DNA from: Hormiphora californensis
Taxonomy: Eukaryota > Animalia > Ctenophora
NCBI GenBank assembly: GCA_020137815.1
Contig: CM035351.1
Span: 5,022,001 to 5,086,000 of the forward strand
DNA: 64,000 nt
Direction of reading: 5' to 3'
Shown here piece by piece: positions 12,051 through 25,256 of the stretch. Below the pieces are notes generated by a model that was given only the letters and a program-made list of their open reading frames with translations, was not told the origin of the DNA and ran no database searches. The position numbers were made by a program, and so were the translations under genes. Numbering within the stretch: position 1 is the stretch's first letter; the number at the start of each line of letters is the position of its first letter.

Positions 12051-14978
12051 ATGTCTGATTTCATATCCCTCTCCAGTACAGCTCCCTCTCTTTCAATGGA
12101 GGAGCCTATAGATCTCCTTAAACTACAGCCTGACGATCCACCCCCAGGTCCTACTAAAGAGAAATCACCCTCCCCTAATAAAAGAACTCTACCAGCTGCC
12201 AAGAAGCCATTCTACCCATCCTGTAAACGTGTCATGACCCGACCACCATTTGCTAAGCCCAGTGCCCCCAGCGCCAATGTTACTATCAAAGAACTAATGG
12301 CATGCCCCGACGAGGCCCCTACCACAACCCCACCTACTGCAGCTGTTATAGAGGGTGGTGGTGGGGAGAGTGAGGTGGCCAGATTGAGAGGGCTCCTGAG
12401 GGCTGTTGAGGAGGAGAAGAGGACACTTCAGGGGTATGTCGCCGATTTACAGTGTAAGCTGGCTGCCCGACCCCAGAGGACCTCTAGGAAACATGTTGAC
12501 ACACAAACTGCTCATGAGGGTATGTGCTTCAAACAATTTGGTTGGTCAATTTAGTTTCTAAAAAGGATTATTATTCGCTGATTATTTCTGAATTATACCA
12601 ATATCTCATTATCTCTTTTATCTCTTCATCCCTCTTTTTCAGGAGTGAAGTGTCCAACATGTAGCAGTGCGGTTGACCCATCTCTAGTTCTCGAGTCGTT
12701 TGGTGACGACTTCAAATATGACACGAAGAGCAGGAAATTTATACAAATATCGTCAGGATTCATCTATGATCCAGTAAGTGTCTGATTGTTTAGTATTTAC
12801 CAATTTCGTCGTACCCCCTAGCAATTATTTTCTGGGTACAGAGTACCAGGTGCTCATTACTCTGGCAATGATTTTTGCTGTAACAGGTGTAATTCTCTCC
12901 TTCACCCAGTACACCCGCCTGTTTTTGTGTCAAGAAAACGGTATTTTGTATTTCTGGGACTCGGCCAATAACATCTACCATTACCACTCAAAACCGGAAC
13001 CTGACAAGACGGCTGAGGAGAATGGAGGGGATGGGGAACAAGGGGTCGAAGAGGAAGAAGAGGAAGAAGGGGAGCTTAATGAAAGTGAAACTGAAACTAA
13101 TGGGTGAGTCTGAAGTCAAATTAAAGTTATAATTAAAGGTGATTCCAATATTGTCTCTGACTGGTTACTTGCAGAGAGGGAGAGTTAGCGGAAGCAGCGA
13201 AGTGTGCTATGAAGAAAAGTGGTATTGAGTTTGTTGATCGACTCAACATGTACTACAACGTAAACACAGGTTGGTGTAAACTTCAGCAGAATCAAGAGAA
13301 ACCCTAACTTCAGGATCAATCTCACGTTGGTGAGAAAATCTAACTTCCTCGTTGATTATGCGGCTAATAAACAATCAACCGATCCTTATTCTCTATCTCA
13401 AATAATTGGAATTTCCCATTAATTTCTCCTCTCACACCAGGTTTGCATTATTGCCAAAGTAGTGGCCTGTACTTTGACAGAAAGATGTCTGTGTTCTACA
13501 AGCTGGCTGACAGCAAATACCAATTTCATTCCGTCGCCAAACCCGATGACACCAGATCCTCTGGTAAGTTTCTGTTGAGCTACTTGACGTAGGGCGCAGT
13601 GCGCGCGTTGTGATCAAAAGACCGTATGTCTCCCAATTTACAAACCCACAGACACACCTTTCGTGGAATTGTGTTCCCACCCCGCGGCCAAGTTCTTCCC
13701 TCGTTTTTTTGTGTTGTTTTCCGGGATATACGTTGACAACGGTTACTTTCCCAGATGTTGCTAAGACGAGTATACGGGCTGTTGTGACTGAGTCAACTTG
13801 TAGAAAGGTTACAAATGGGTCTCTGTATGTGTTTACTTGTATGGGTGGATCAATAGGAAGAGGTAATACACAATTTGATACCTTGGGCCATCCCTGATCC
13901 CCATAGTCATATCGGTGCTGTCTGGCGGCGCCAGCCCTATCTGATAGTGATTCTGAACGCAATTTCACAGGGGAAGGGGTTGCTTGACCAGTTCCTTTCA
14001 CTCAGATTCAAATGTACAACAAAGTGTAGTTGTCCATATCATGTTGTTATTGGGGTTTGTAGCCCGATTTGTACTGTCTGGCGGCGCCAGACCCCAATTT
14101 GATTTGACAGTGCGCTCAGATGGGTCGCGGCGCCAGACAGGATTTGTATGAGTTAACAAACAAATTATTTCAGAGGGTAACCACGTGGCTGTATTCAGTG
14201 AGATTCGTGTTAGCAAGAGACATGCTACCATCAGTTACAGCAGCGAGAAGTAAGAGCCATATCATCTTAACCCTCCCACCATCTCTCACTTTTTTCATTT
14301 CCTGACCACTCCGATATCTCGCATTATCGTCTATTGAACCCCCTCAACAGCTCAACTCATTACTCCGAGAGTTTCCCCCCCCCCCCTCATAATTCTCACT
14401 ATCCCAACTCCATCCCCAGGTTTTACATAACAGACGAAGGGACTGTCAATGGTACTTTCCTCAATGGAAAACGACTCAGCACACAGAAAACTGTCAGTGA
14501 TAGGTAATAACACATGTCTCCCCCGGACTAGAGTCCTAGTCATAATACCGCTCTGTAACAGCAGAGAGCGGTATTATGACTAGGACTATGCAGAGTGCTG
14601 ATTCCAGGAAGGCAGACTAATTTATTTATTTTGGTAAGTCGACGGTCCTTCTTCTGTCTTTGAATTATTCATTGTTTATTTTTCGACCCCGGACACCCCA
14701 CCCACACCAACCCCCTCTCACTCTGCAGGTTCGAGTTATCCCATCTGGATGAGCTAAAGGTGGGCAGTACAACCCTCCAACTACATATCCACCAGAACAA
14801 TGACACTTGTCAGTGGTGCGAACCGGGGCTCAACACAGATCAGAGCATGGGAGGAAATACCACAACATCAGCCGGCCCAACTACTACAAGCACTATCTCA
14901 GAACCACCCACTTTGTATAAACAGAGGGCTGTACAAAACAATAAATTGAAGAGAAAGTATAAACTGTTGGGGAACTAA
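12051..14978 (+). CDS. AGGF1: AGGF1-like protein (coiled coil, two OCRE-like repeats, FHA domain), multi-exon, no G-patch seen
   Basis: GFIYDP|YTRLFLCQENGILYFWDS..YHYHS and MYYNVNT|GLHYCQSSGLYFD..YQFHS are OCRE-like. SIRAVV...LYVFTCMGGSIGR, DEGTVNGTFLNGKRLS, LSHLDELKVGSTTLQLHIH..DTCQWCEPG and NNKLKRKY match the AGGF1 FHA and flanking motifs. Exon phases require a 1-nt correction near 13500. Confidence 0.82.
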
Positions 14979-15995
14979 ATTATTATGAGTGTTTGACTTT
15001 TGGGCGATTTTAATATGTATTTGTTATAATTTGCTAGGTGAACCATTTTGACTATTTCCAATTGTTAGCCATTGTGTCCGTACTGTATGTGATATAAGCT
15101 GGCCAATGCTACGATAAAATCTCGCCAGTTATCTGCCTGGCGGCGCCGATCCGACCTGAGCGCATTTGAGAATAAAAACAGGGTCTGGCGGCGCCTCGGG
15201 TCAGGTTATGGATCGTTGGGTAAACGAACCACACCCTGAACCCGCTGCATTTCAATCTCGCTTTTGTGTGGTAGCATTGGCCAACTGTTGAACAAATAAA
15301 GTCAGATATCAGGACAAAGGAACCTAATCTCGACATGGGACATTTTCAAATTTTCAAAACCACAAACTAAAAATCTCAGATGGCCGCTGAATTTCTCTCA
15401 TTCGGATTAAATCGCCAGGGAAATCTCACTGTGGCAGCTCTCTCTCTATCCTCTTGAAGTGAGGATTACAGGATGAGGAGGGGGTCACAAGGATTACCCT
15501 GGCGAGATTTAAGCAACATCTTGGGACTCTCTTTTGATAACATTTCTACTCAGGCGATAATTGAAAAACAGTAAAACTCAGCTCGTTCACACTTCACACT
15601 TCACACACACACTCACATACAGTGGTGCTCCGTCATAGTAGCCTACGCGGTCTAAAGTCACCCCCAAATGCACGCACATTTGTCCATTTTGAAGCGTGCA
15701 CTACACGTAAACATGTGATGTGACACGCAAAAAACGAGCGCACGAGAAGGGGGTGACAACTTCAAAAAATCCGACTTTAACAATGATTTCTTGCAGCGCA
15801 ATATAAAAGGCAATCAATGCTAGCGCACTGCGTCTTTCCGTCTTCGACGTCGTAAATCGCGTCGTAGGCAACGCTATGCGGGCGGCCAATATGACGGAAC
15901 ACCACTCACACACACACGTACACACACACACGACATATTACAAAGTGTAGTAATAAGATCCCCCCCTCAACACACAGACACACACCCTCTCTCCC

Positions 15996-18900
15996 TTAGC
16001 CAATGTTCTGGGGGTAAGAACCATGGAAGTTGTGGTGGCCCTGGAGGGGGTTGGCATACGGGCCCGGGTGATTAGGTGGAGGGAACTGCATGTGCGCCGA
16101 GCTGGTTGGTATGTGCTGGAACTGTTGGGGCATGTAGCCAGCATGGGGTATCTGAAAAGGGAGAGGATATATGTTAGGTCTTGGAAACATGATTGAGAGG
16201 GGATTGAGACCACATTACATGAATACCGGGTAGTTTTCAACTGAAGAACTGATAAAGACTGCAGGATTCATACTTACAGCAATTTGTGGTTGATGGTAGA
16301 CCAGTTGTTGTTGCTGACCGGTTGGTGATGTAGGGGACATAACCCCGGCATCATGGTGCGCCTGACTGACTATAACTGGGTGTCCCTGCATATTGGTGTG
16401 CTGGGCCATCGCCGCAGGGGACAGGTAACCTCTCTGGAGATGAGGGGGAAGTGTGGTTACTTGGGAGTGTGATTTCACTCTTTCTCTCTTCCTCTATTGT
16501 TCTATCTCACTATTTGTTCTATCTCTCCCTCTTTCTCTCTCCAACACTTCCTATCTACACGGCGTGCCTGGTGAAATTTTAACACGACCTAGCATGCAAC
16601 GGGAAACCACCACTTGTACGTGGTAGCTGAGGGTCTACAGAATGGCGCTACGGTGCGGGATAAAAAAATCCATTCCCTAAAATCGTTTTTTTAACTTTTA
16701 TTTGATTTGGGTCAAAATTGGCTATATTAAACGTGGTCCCGAAAAATCCATAATGACTTAGCACACGAAATATGTCACCCCCACCTATTTTTGCACGTAG
16801 AATCGATTGCCGTTGAAGTCGAATCTCTAAAATGACTGTAAAATGGTCAAAAGTTGATTTTTTACCATTTTTTGGAGGTTTTTGGCCCCTAAACCAATGA
16901 AAACGTTGAGATAGGAATTTGAAACTAGTGCCAATCGTTAAAATGGTCATTTTTCTACCAAGAACCAAGTTTTCGTGTATATCCGATTTATGGTTAGATT
17001 TGGGCAAATTGTTGAAATCTGCCAACTAGGAGAACCGTAACTTGATTTTCTTGTTTTTTGGATTTTGGCATTTTTGACAAACTTCTGATTGAAATGGTCA
17101 ATCGGGACCATGCTTAAGTTGTTTATGGGACAATTTTCGACTAAAATCCAAGATTTCATACCAATCCAATAACAGATCGTTGATTTATAGAAAAATTAAG
17201 TAGGCAAAACGGTCAAAATGACAACTTTTCTTGCTTATTTTGACCGTTTTGCCTACTTAAATTTTCTATAAATCAACGATCTGTTATTGGATTGGTATGA
17301 AATCTTGGATTTTAGTCGAAAATTGTCCCATAAACAACTTAAGCATGGTCCCGATTGACCATTTCAATCAGAAGTTTGTCAAAAATGCCAAAATCCAAAA
17401 AACAAGAAAATCAAGTTACGGTTCTCCTAGTTGGCAGATTTCAACAATTTGCCCAAATCTAACCATAAATCGGATATACACGAAAACTTGGTTCTTGGTA
17501 GAAAAATGACCATTTTAACGATTGGCACTAGTTTCAAATTCCTATCTCAACGTTTTCATTGGTTTAGGGGCCAAAAACCTCCAAAAAATGGTAAAAAATC
17601 AACTTTTGACCATTTTACAGTCATTTTAGAGATTCGACTTCAACGGCAATCGATTCTACGTGCAAAAATAGGTGGGGGTGACATATTTCGTGTGCTAAGT
17701 CATTATGGATTTTTCGGGACCACGTTTAATATAGCCAATTTTGACCCAAATCAAATAAAAGTTAAAAAAACGATTTTAGGGAATGGATTTTTTTATCCCG
17801 CACCGTAGCGCCATTCTGTAGACCCTCAGCTACCACGTACAAGTGGTGGTTTCCCGTTGCATGCTAGGTCGTGTTAAAATTTCACCAGGCACGCCGTGTC
17901 TATTCGATGTCATGGGTTATTTGTCTTGAGTAGGTACACGTTGGTACAGCTCATAAAGACACGTGTGCCCTTCCAGGTTTCAAGTTTTCTTGAACCTACA
18001 TAAACATCGCCATATACTTGTTTTCATAGGTTTTCATAGGTTCGCTCTCTCTGAAAGCCTATCAGCTGCCCCTCAGTCAGATGCAAATAATGAATCGCTT
18101 GACTATTCTTGAGTCTCATCAGATGGTGAACCTAAATTTAGTTAATTCCCAAGTATCTCTAACCTGAACAATACCGGGCGGGTAGAGAGCCACTAGGGCA
18201 GGACCATGTTGGTTGTACTGTCCAGGGTGGATCATGGTGACGGCCTGAGGTACAGCCACCATGTGGGGCTGCACTTTCTCTTGCTGTGGGGGTGCAGGGG
18301 GCTTGCTGACAGGTGAGCTGCTAGATGCACCACCTGGTTTGAATTCCACTGCGTCAGGGTTGAGGGCCTTTACCTCGAGGGGACGGGAGGCAGCAGAACC
18401 AGCCTGCTGTTGACCACCCATGTGGCCGTGAGGTGCACCCTGGAAGGAAGGAGGGGGTTAGATCATCATGATGAGGGTACAAATATCTAAAAATTTGGAA
18501 CTGGAATTTTGAAACCGGTTATTTTATCATTATGTCGTGGGTTAAATTGTGTTATGTTCTAAACCTAGTATTTGTCGAGGGTTGAGGTTCAATTCACGTG
18601 ATTTGCTCAGCAGTACTTCACCACTTTAATTGTTTGGAGCGGCGTGATACAACTGGTGTCACGCCGCTCTCTCACGACCCATGACACAATTTCAGACCCC
18701 TGGTTTTAATTCATTGCAAGGAGATGTTCTTTAGAATCGATGTAACGCGACACCCCCTTGGCACGAGTGACTCTCTCTCTAAATACCTGGGGAGGGGGTA
18801 GAGGTCCGGCACTAGCTTGTATATACTGTTGCTGCTGTGCTACAGCTGCATGTTGCTGTTGCTGTTGCTGTTGTTGCTGATGGTGGTGCTGGAGCTGGTG

Positions 18901-21900
18901 TTGCTGATGGAGATGATGCTGGTGGTGGGCAGCCATCTGGTGTTGCTGTTGCAGCAACGCCTGTTGCTGGATCTGCTGTTGCTGAATTTGCATCATCTGT
19001 TGCTGTTGCAGCTGCATCATTTGTTGCTGTTGCTGTTGCATCACGTTGCTGTAGATACTCTGAAAAGTTTTATTCGGTTACAAACTTTGGGACATTTGGA
19101 TCCAATTACAGATATATCATCACTAGTTGATATTATTATGGGATTATTATAGCTCTTCTATTTATGTCAGGGATATATATAATGAAAAGGATCGCGATAT
19201 AAAATTGAATATAGTTCTATAGAACGACATGCATTTTAGGAAGTGAAAGGTGAGTGTGCATGATCTGACACCTACGTACGTGGTGTTCACTGCTCCTAGC
19301 TATGGCACACATATATGAATCGATCTTGCAAGGTCCTGCATAGTTCTAGCTTGAGAATAAATTTGTAGTAGCCCAGTAGTGAGAGAATTAGCGGTACAAT
19401 AATTCTTAGAATTTTACAACTTTCCTTGAACTACGTCTCACGCGTTTCGGACAAGTCTACATTCATTTCCTTCCCTCTCAGACATAACCCAATTTGTCCC
19501 CCATCTTGTGCAGTGGTTTATTAGCCCTAACTAGTACTGCATTGCGACATTGTGCAGCAGTGATTTATCAGCCCTAACCCCTCGTGTTTTATAGAATGTA
19601 CCTCGTTCTACTCCTACTCCTCACCACCACCGCCGTCCATGGAACCACCAAGAAGCCCAACATTGTTCTGGTTGTTGCTGATGATCTGGGGTGGGCTGAT
19701 GTCCCCTGGCATGGATCCCCAGCCATCGCTCCCACCCTATCATCTCTTGTGGAGGGCGGCATCCAACTAAAGCGCCACTACGCCCAACCCATCTGTACCC
19801 CTACTCGAGGAGCCCTTCTAACGGGGAAGTATCCCATTAGACTAGGCCTGCAACATCTTGTTATTGGGGCGGGGGAACCCTGGGGCCTGCCGGTCAAGGA
19901 GAAGTTGTTACCAGAGTACCTCCAGGAGCAGGGTTATAGTACCCATGCTGTTGGGAAGTGGCACATGGGCTCACATTGCTGGGGTGCCGTCCCTGTCAGC
20001 AGGGGATTTGACTCCTTCTTTGGCTACCTAAACGGTGCTATCGACTACTACAATAAAACCATCCCTGCTAACTATGCCCCACAACAAGTCGGACCGGACG
20101 GTGAGCCGGTTGGGGAGATGATTCAGGGATATGATTTCAGATACGAAACACCCGACGGAAAGGGAGGTGTTGATGATACTGTGGTCCACACTAAGGAATA
20201 CTCAATGGATCTATACAAGGAACAGCTACAAAACATTGTGGAGGATCATGACGAAGAAGAGGGACCCCTGTTTATATATTTCCCCGTCCAGACACCCCAT
20301 TTCCCTATCGAGGTCCCACAGCGTTACTATGATATCTATGAGGGGCTCGTAGAAGATGAGGACAGGAGGACGGTTATGGGCATGATATCGGCAATGGACG
20401 AGGCTGTGTCCACCATAGTTGATGGTTTAAAAGAACGGGGTATGTGGGAAAACACTGTGTTTATCTTTCTCAGTGATAACGGTGGAGAGCTGGGAAGTGG
20501 GCAGTACAACTACCCACTCAGAGGGGGAAAGGCAACACTATGGGAGGGAGGGATCAGGACAACAGCATTCCTCCACTCTCCCCTTCTTCCTCAAACTAGT
20601 GGTGCTGTGAACTATGAGATGATCCACGTCACTGATTGGCTGCCGACTATCACTCGCATTGCAACGTGTGGGGTAGAGGAACCCCACAAGGCATGTCCGC
20701 TAGATTTTGGTAACATTAATGGAGTTGATCAGTTAGCCACTATAACTCTGCCTGGTACACCTTCTAACAGGACTGAAATCTTGGTTAACATTGACCCGTT
20801 TTGGCACAATAAAGCCATTATAGCGGGTAGGTGGAAGCTTATTGTGGGACCGAATGGACATGGCGGCTGGCTACCCCCTCCTGAGATGATAATGAATGAG
20901 GTAGAGGATTGGGTTGAAATAGATGACGGTGGTCGGTGGAGACTGTTTGACATTCAATCAGATCCGTACGAGAAAGAGGACGTTTCAGTAAAACGGTTAA
21001 ATATAGCAATGGAGCTATTTAACCGGTTAAATGAATATGAGGCTATAATGATAGAGCCTGGAAACAAGCCCTATGATCCTGATAGTAATCCTAAATACTT
21101 TAACGGCACCTGGACACCCTGGCTGGACAGCTGCTAACCTGAATTTGCCGTGTTTGGGGGTATTGCCCTCCAGCCATAGTATAACTACTCTCGCTACTCA
21201 TACTGTCATTTCGCTGCTTTCCTCCCGCCACGGGCTGCTGGGGTGGGGGAACCTGCGCCATTCCACCCTGACCCATCGCCGTTGTCTGGGCAACCGTGCT
21301 TGGAATCTTGGCCCCCTGAAGAAAAGAAGATTATTGTAAAGGAGAGACAAATAATGGACAATGAGGTACCATGAAATTGCATCATTTTGAGTTTTAAATT
21401 AAATACCCGTGTTGTGGAGTCTTCAAATTTGGTTTTAAAACTGATAAAGTTCTCTTTCTTTTCCTCTTTTCGGCTTCGTTCCGTTTTCATTCGCTGTGCC
21501 TCACTCGGGCTATTCACCTGACCCAGGGAGGAGAGGGAGATAAGGGACTGATGGCACGAGACATGTGTTATAAACAAGCCCCGTGAGAAGAAACGAGAAG
21601 AAGTGAGAGAGAGAGACGCGAGTTGGTCTCTCTCTCAGCTCTGACTCTCTTTCTCTCTCCCTAGGATAGAAACGAAAGCTTTATTTTTCTTTATATGGAA
21701 CGTACGTAGACAAATACAAGAGAGACATTCAAACAAAGAGAACCTCGTGAAGTGGAGGGAGTGGTTGGTTGATCAGGGATTGTGGTATGGTGTGTGTGAT
21801 GGACTGATGTTGTTGTGTGAGGGGTGGTATTTCCTCCAGCTCACCCAGATTGGTAATGCGATGGTGAACACGATGGACAGGCGATGGTGGCTGACAATTC

Positions 21901-24900
21901 TGTAGATGATGGTGAAGATTAGAGGTGATCTGAGTTAAAATTAAATGAAAGGTGATTTCAACGAAAGGTTGGGGGCGATTGTTTTAGTAAAAGTAGAACG
22001 ATGGATGTAAGGTGAGATAAAACTATGATCCCACATAATTAGGGTCAAAGCTTTCGCCAAATTGCACCATAGCTTGGTGTCCGGTCAACAGTTATAAGCA
22101 TAAGGAGGGGATCTTCTCTCGCATAGCTTGGGTTATTGTTTAGACCGGTTGTTCAGGGTAGGGAACGCAAGTTTTTAGTAGTGAAGTGGTTGAACTACCC
22201 GAACTAGGATCCCTACTAAGTGGTTCAAAGTGATTCTCTGAACCACTACGAGCTGTGTCCTGCACCTGCTAGAGGTATATGATACGACCTGCTTACCTTT
22301 TGGGGGGTGTTTCGGGGTGACGAAGCTGCACTGCCAGGGCCCATGGGTGACAGGACTGATTTGCGGGGTGTTGTTACCATGGGTGGTGGAGGGGTGTCAG
22401 TTTGGGTCTCTGTCATACACTTCTCTGTAACAGTTGACCTTTCAAGTTCTGCTGCTGCCGCTAACGCTGCTGCTGGAAGAAAAGGGAGGGTTAGCATATA
22501 CAATAGAGAAAGGGAGAGAGAGAGAGAGAAAAAAATGCCCCCGAGAGCATATAACTTGCTCACTGAGCCTTAGTGATAGATAACACACCTTTTTGCTGTT
22601 CTTTCTCTCCTGAGAACACATCCTCAGTGGGCTCATCTATCTGACTGAGAGGAGCTGGTATCTCATTGATAGCTGAGTATACTACTGGAGTCTCTGTGAT
22701 GGTTATGTACTGGTCCGGTCGGGCAACGGCGCTATATCTGAGAGAGGGGGAGTTGTGTGAGAGGAGAACAAAAGATGTCAGAATGATAGAGTTTCTTTTG
22801 TATATGTTAGCTCGCACCCAAAGCCGTACACTGCTTACTATCGTGTATGACTTTCCGAGCAAGCTATTGTTTTTCCCAGAATATTTAAACGTGACGGTTA
22901 ACTAAGACTGTCAAAGCTACTACTATATCATGGGGTTACATAATTTACAACACTATTTGAGTCATGTTAACACAATTTGACTGATTCATGTTAACGGGAA
23001 GTTAACACAATTTGATTCAAGTTAACACAATTCAAGTTAACTGCTAACCTGTCTTCTTCACTAAGATCAACTGGAACAATCTGACCCCGCTCCTCCGCTA
23101 TATGGACATTAGTAGTTGCCTTCTTCTCTATATCATCAGCCAATTGAGCTGCCCTCCGTTTAGTTTCATCGTCACATTCAGGAACAGGAACTGTGTATTC
23201 AGTCATCTCAGCATCAAATACACTGGTCACATCGAACTTTTCTTGGTTTGTCCGGATCATGTCTTCGAAGGCCCATCCGTTACCCTGAAGAGGTGTTATT
23301 GTGTTATGTATTGGGGGGGGGTGATACAATTACCCGCCATCAGGCAACTGCCGCCCCCGCCACAACACACCACCACGCGATCGCGGCCACACTGGACACG
23401 AAGAGAAAATGGGGGAACGCCGCGCAACTAAACTTCGCGCACACAATGTGCTTTACATGCATTCCACTGGTTCGGAGGGCGGGTAACGGAGGGGCACGCA
23501 ACAACGACCACCTACACTTTCAGTCTCAAGTGAGCCGGAGAGCTCCTTCATAGTGAAATCACCGTCATCTGTCCATCGCTGCAGCTCCTTCGGCTCCGAC
23601 TTCAGCTGTCTCTTTCTGCTGACATCAGCGTCTACCATAAACTTGTCTGAGAGGGGAGGTGATGTTTTTAATTAAAATGAGAGCGGGAGCGCGGGAGTAA
23701 CGGAATGATAAAATTTAAGTTTTTGGGACTTAGGAGGGTAGAAGTTAGGAGAGTAAGTGCGGGTACATAAGAGAGAATTGTCTAATAACTGAGCGGTGTT
23801 TAACCGAGATGACAGTTTGGCTAATGTTCTAACTTCTACAAGTGCATGGTTTCTAGTAGTTCCAGTTCATTAAAACTGCAAGCTCATTAAATTTCCTTCA
23901 TCTTCACCTTTGTTTTCCACGGGTTTATCAATCTTCCCTGTCACAGATATAATCTCACTGAACTCAAACCATAACTCCCTACACAACTCATCCTTTTGAG
24001 GCATAGTTGGTGACGTAACTCCCTGCAACAGTTGAGAGAGGTAAAGAAGGGGGGGGGGGGACAAAGGGGGTTAACGGGGCTGGGAAGGGGTGACGAAGGG
24101 GGGGGGGGACAAACTGACAAAGTGGTACCTTGCAGGCTTTCCCAGGCACACTCTGACCTCTGTTATCAGTTATAGTAGTAGTACATAGTTACTAGTGGTA
24201 GGGGACAAAATCGAAAATAGACAATTGAATATAGTACATGAATGTAGAGATACACATATAACACAACGTGTGTGTTGTGTAGACGGAAGGAGAGAGATAG
24301 AAAAATGAGGTATAGCAAAATGAAGCACAACACGTAAACATATCAAGTGTAGTACACTGCAAAATACTGTTTGACCCTCTCTCACCCGTGTAGAAAAGAA
24401 GTACACACACACAACCATTCTTTTTACAAAACGGGGCGGTGAGAAAGGGCACAGCAATATACAGGGTGTCCCACAATAAACTTGTAATAACAGGGCCGCG
24501 TAAGGCAACAATAAACTACCTACCCCGTTAAGAGACCCATTTGGTTGTTTCTTTTCCGCTTTATGAGCACACTTCAGTACCACGGCAGCTCGGGGTGAAA
24601 TTGTCGAGAAAATACCATCGTAAACATTGTCATTCTTACACCGTACCCTCACAGACCGGCCCTGCGAAAAGAGTTGTTACGTTCTAAATCTTATTGAATC
24701 ATCACCAGTGAGAGGTAGGGCAATACAAGCAAGGAAAGAAAGTAAGTCAGAGGATTGGGAAATGTATCTGTCTTGTTTGGAGATTATAATCTAGGTCTAA
24801 TCTAATTTAGGGTTGTGAACAATATCTGTTTCAGCACAATACAAAACATACACACGTGCACACACAAACAAACAGTAAACACACAAATTAAATGCTAAGA

Positions 24901-25256
24901 TACCGTGATAAAAGGACAAATACAAATAAGGAAAGTGTCCTGAAATTCCTAGAAACCAATAACTGATAAATGTTAGAATATTTCCAGCAGCTCAGTACTG
25001 CAGAAGAACCCACTTGAAACAAAATACAGCCGGACCCCGATTTACTGGTATGTTCGGGGGAAAGGAGTATTCGGGGTCCGACTGTACCAAGTTTGATAAA
25101 AACCCTCAAGTTACATTGAACATACCACAAGATGGGATAGAGCAGATAGGATTGAATGGTTGTAATATATTCCCTCGGGTTTGATAGGCATATCACGGGT
25201 ACCCGGTCCTCCAGTGTTCCTTGGAAATCCCCTAGCAGGCCTGTTCCTTACAAACC
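15996..25256 (-). CDS. ATXN2: Ataxin-2 / PBP1 homolog, multi-exon; first exon not located
   Basis: LSm EGIYYNHSILSALSHLV|GRSVRVRCKNDNVYDGIFSTISP; KELQRW; LsmAD GWAFEDMIRTNQEKFDVTSVFDAEMTEYT..RAAQLADDIE..AEERG..SEED; PAM2 ALNPDAVEFKP. Checked phase-0 exons: 21315-21139, 19059-18787 (polyQ/H), 18439-18164, 16433-16278, 16151-15996. Confidence 0.93.
16558..17898. mobile_element. Near-perfect 1.34-kb palindromic foldback element, Chapaev-like, in an ATXN2 intron
   Basis: Arms of about 660 bp (16558-17219 / 17237-17898) are reverse complements, and the ORF track shows mirrored ORFs. Termini are CACGG...CCGTG with a 4-bp TSD TCTA (16554-16557, 17899-17902). CAC/GTG ends with a 4-bp TSD is the Chapaev pattern. 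Confidence 0.82.
19596..21137 (+). CDS. Secreted arylsulfatase (ARSB/I/J-like), intronless, nested antisense in an ATXN2 intron
   Basis: Signal peptide, KPNIVLVVADDLGW, formylglycine motif CTPTRGALLTG, VGKWHMG, SDNGG, NYPLRGGK, HVTDWLPT, LFDIQSDPYEK. Confidence 0.95.
   Translation: MYLVLLLLLTTTAVHGTTKKPNIVLVVADDLGWADVPWHGSPAIAPTLSSLVEGGIQLKRHYAQPICTPTRGALLTGKYPIRLGLQHLVIGAGEPWGLPVKEKLLPEYLQEQGYSTHAVGKWHMGSHCWGAVPVSRGFDSFFGYLNGAIDYYNKTIPANYAPQQVGPDGEPVGEMIQGYDFRYETPDGKGGVDDTVVHTKEYSMDLYKEQLQNIVEDHDEEEGPLFIYFPVQTPHFPIEVPQRYYDIYEGLVEDEDRRTVMGMISAMDEAVSTIVDGLKERGMWENTVFIFLSDNGGELGSGQYNYPLRGGKATLWEGGIRTTAFLHSPLLPQTSGAVNYEMIHVTDWLPTITRIATCGVEEPHKACPLDFGNINGVDQLATITLPGTPSNRTEILVNIDPFWHNKAIIAGRWKLIVGPNGHGGWLPPPEMIMNEVEDWVEIDDGGRWRLFDIQSDPYEKEDVSVKRLNIAMELFNRLNEYEAIMIEPGNKPYDPDSNPKYFNGTWTPWLDSC

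Noticed and set aside
15618-15906. Possible MITE with CAGTGGTG..CCGTCATA inverted ends
   Set aside because: The ends are imperfect and no TSD is verifiable within CA-repeat flanks, so it is too weak to call.
16648-17808. Identical ORF pairs on opposite strands (also 7499/8174 and 34355/35057)
   Set aside because: These are mirror artefacts of palindromic elements, with no transposase motifs.
1192-25256. Linkage of homologs of two ALS genes, C9orf72 and ATXN2
   Set aside because: They are on opposite strands with unrelated genes between, so this is most likely coincidence. No GGGGCC repeat is seen.
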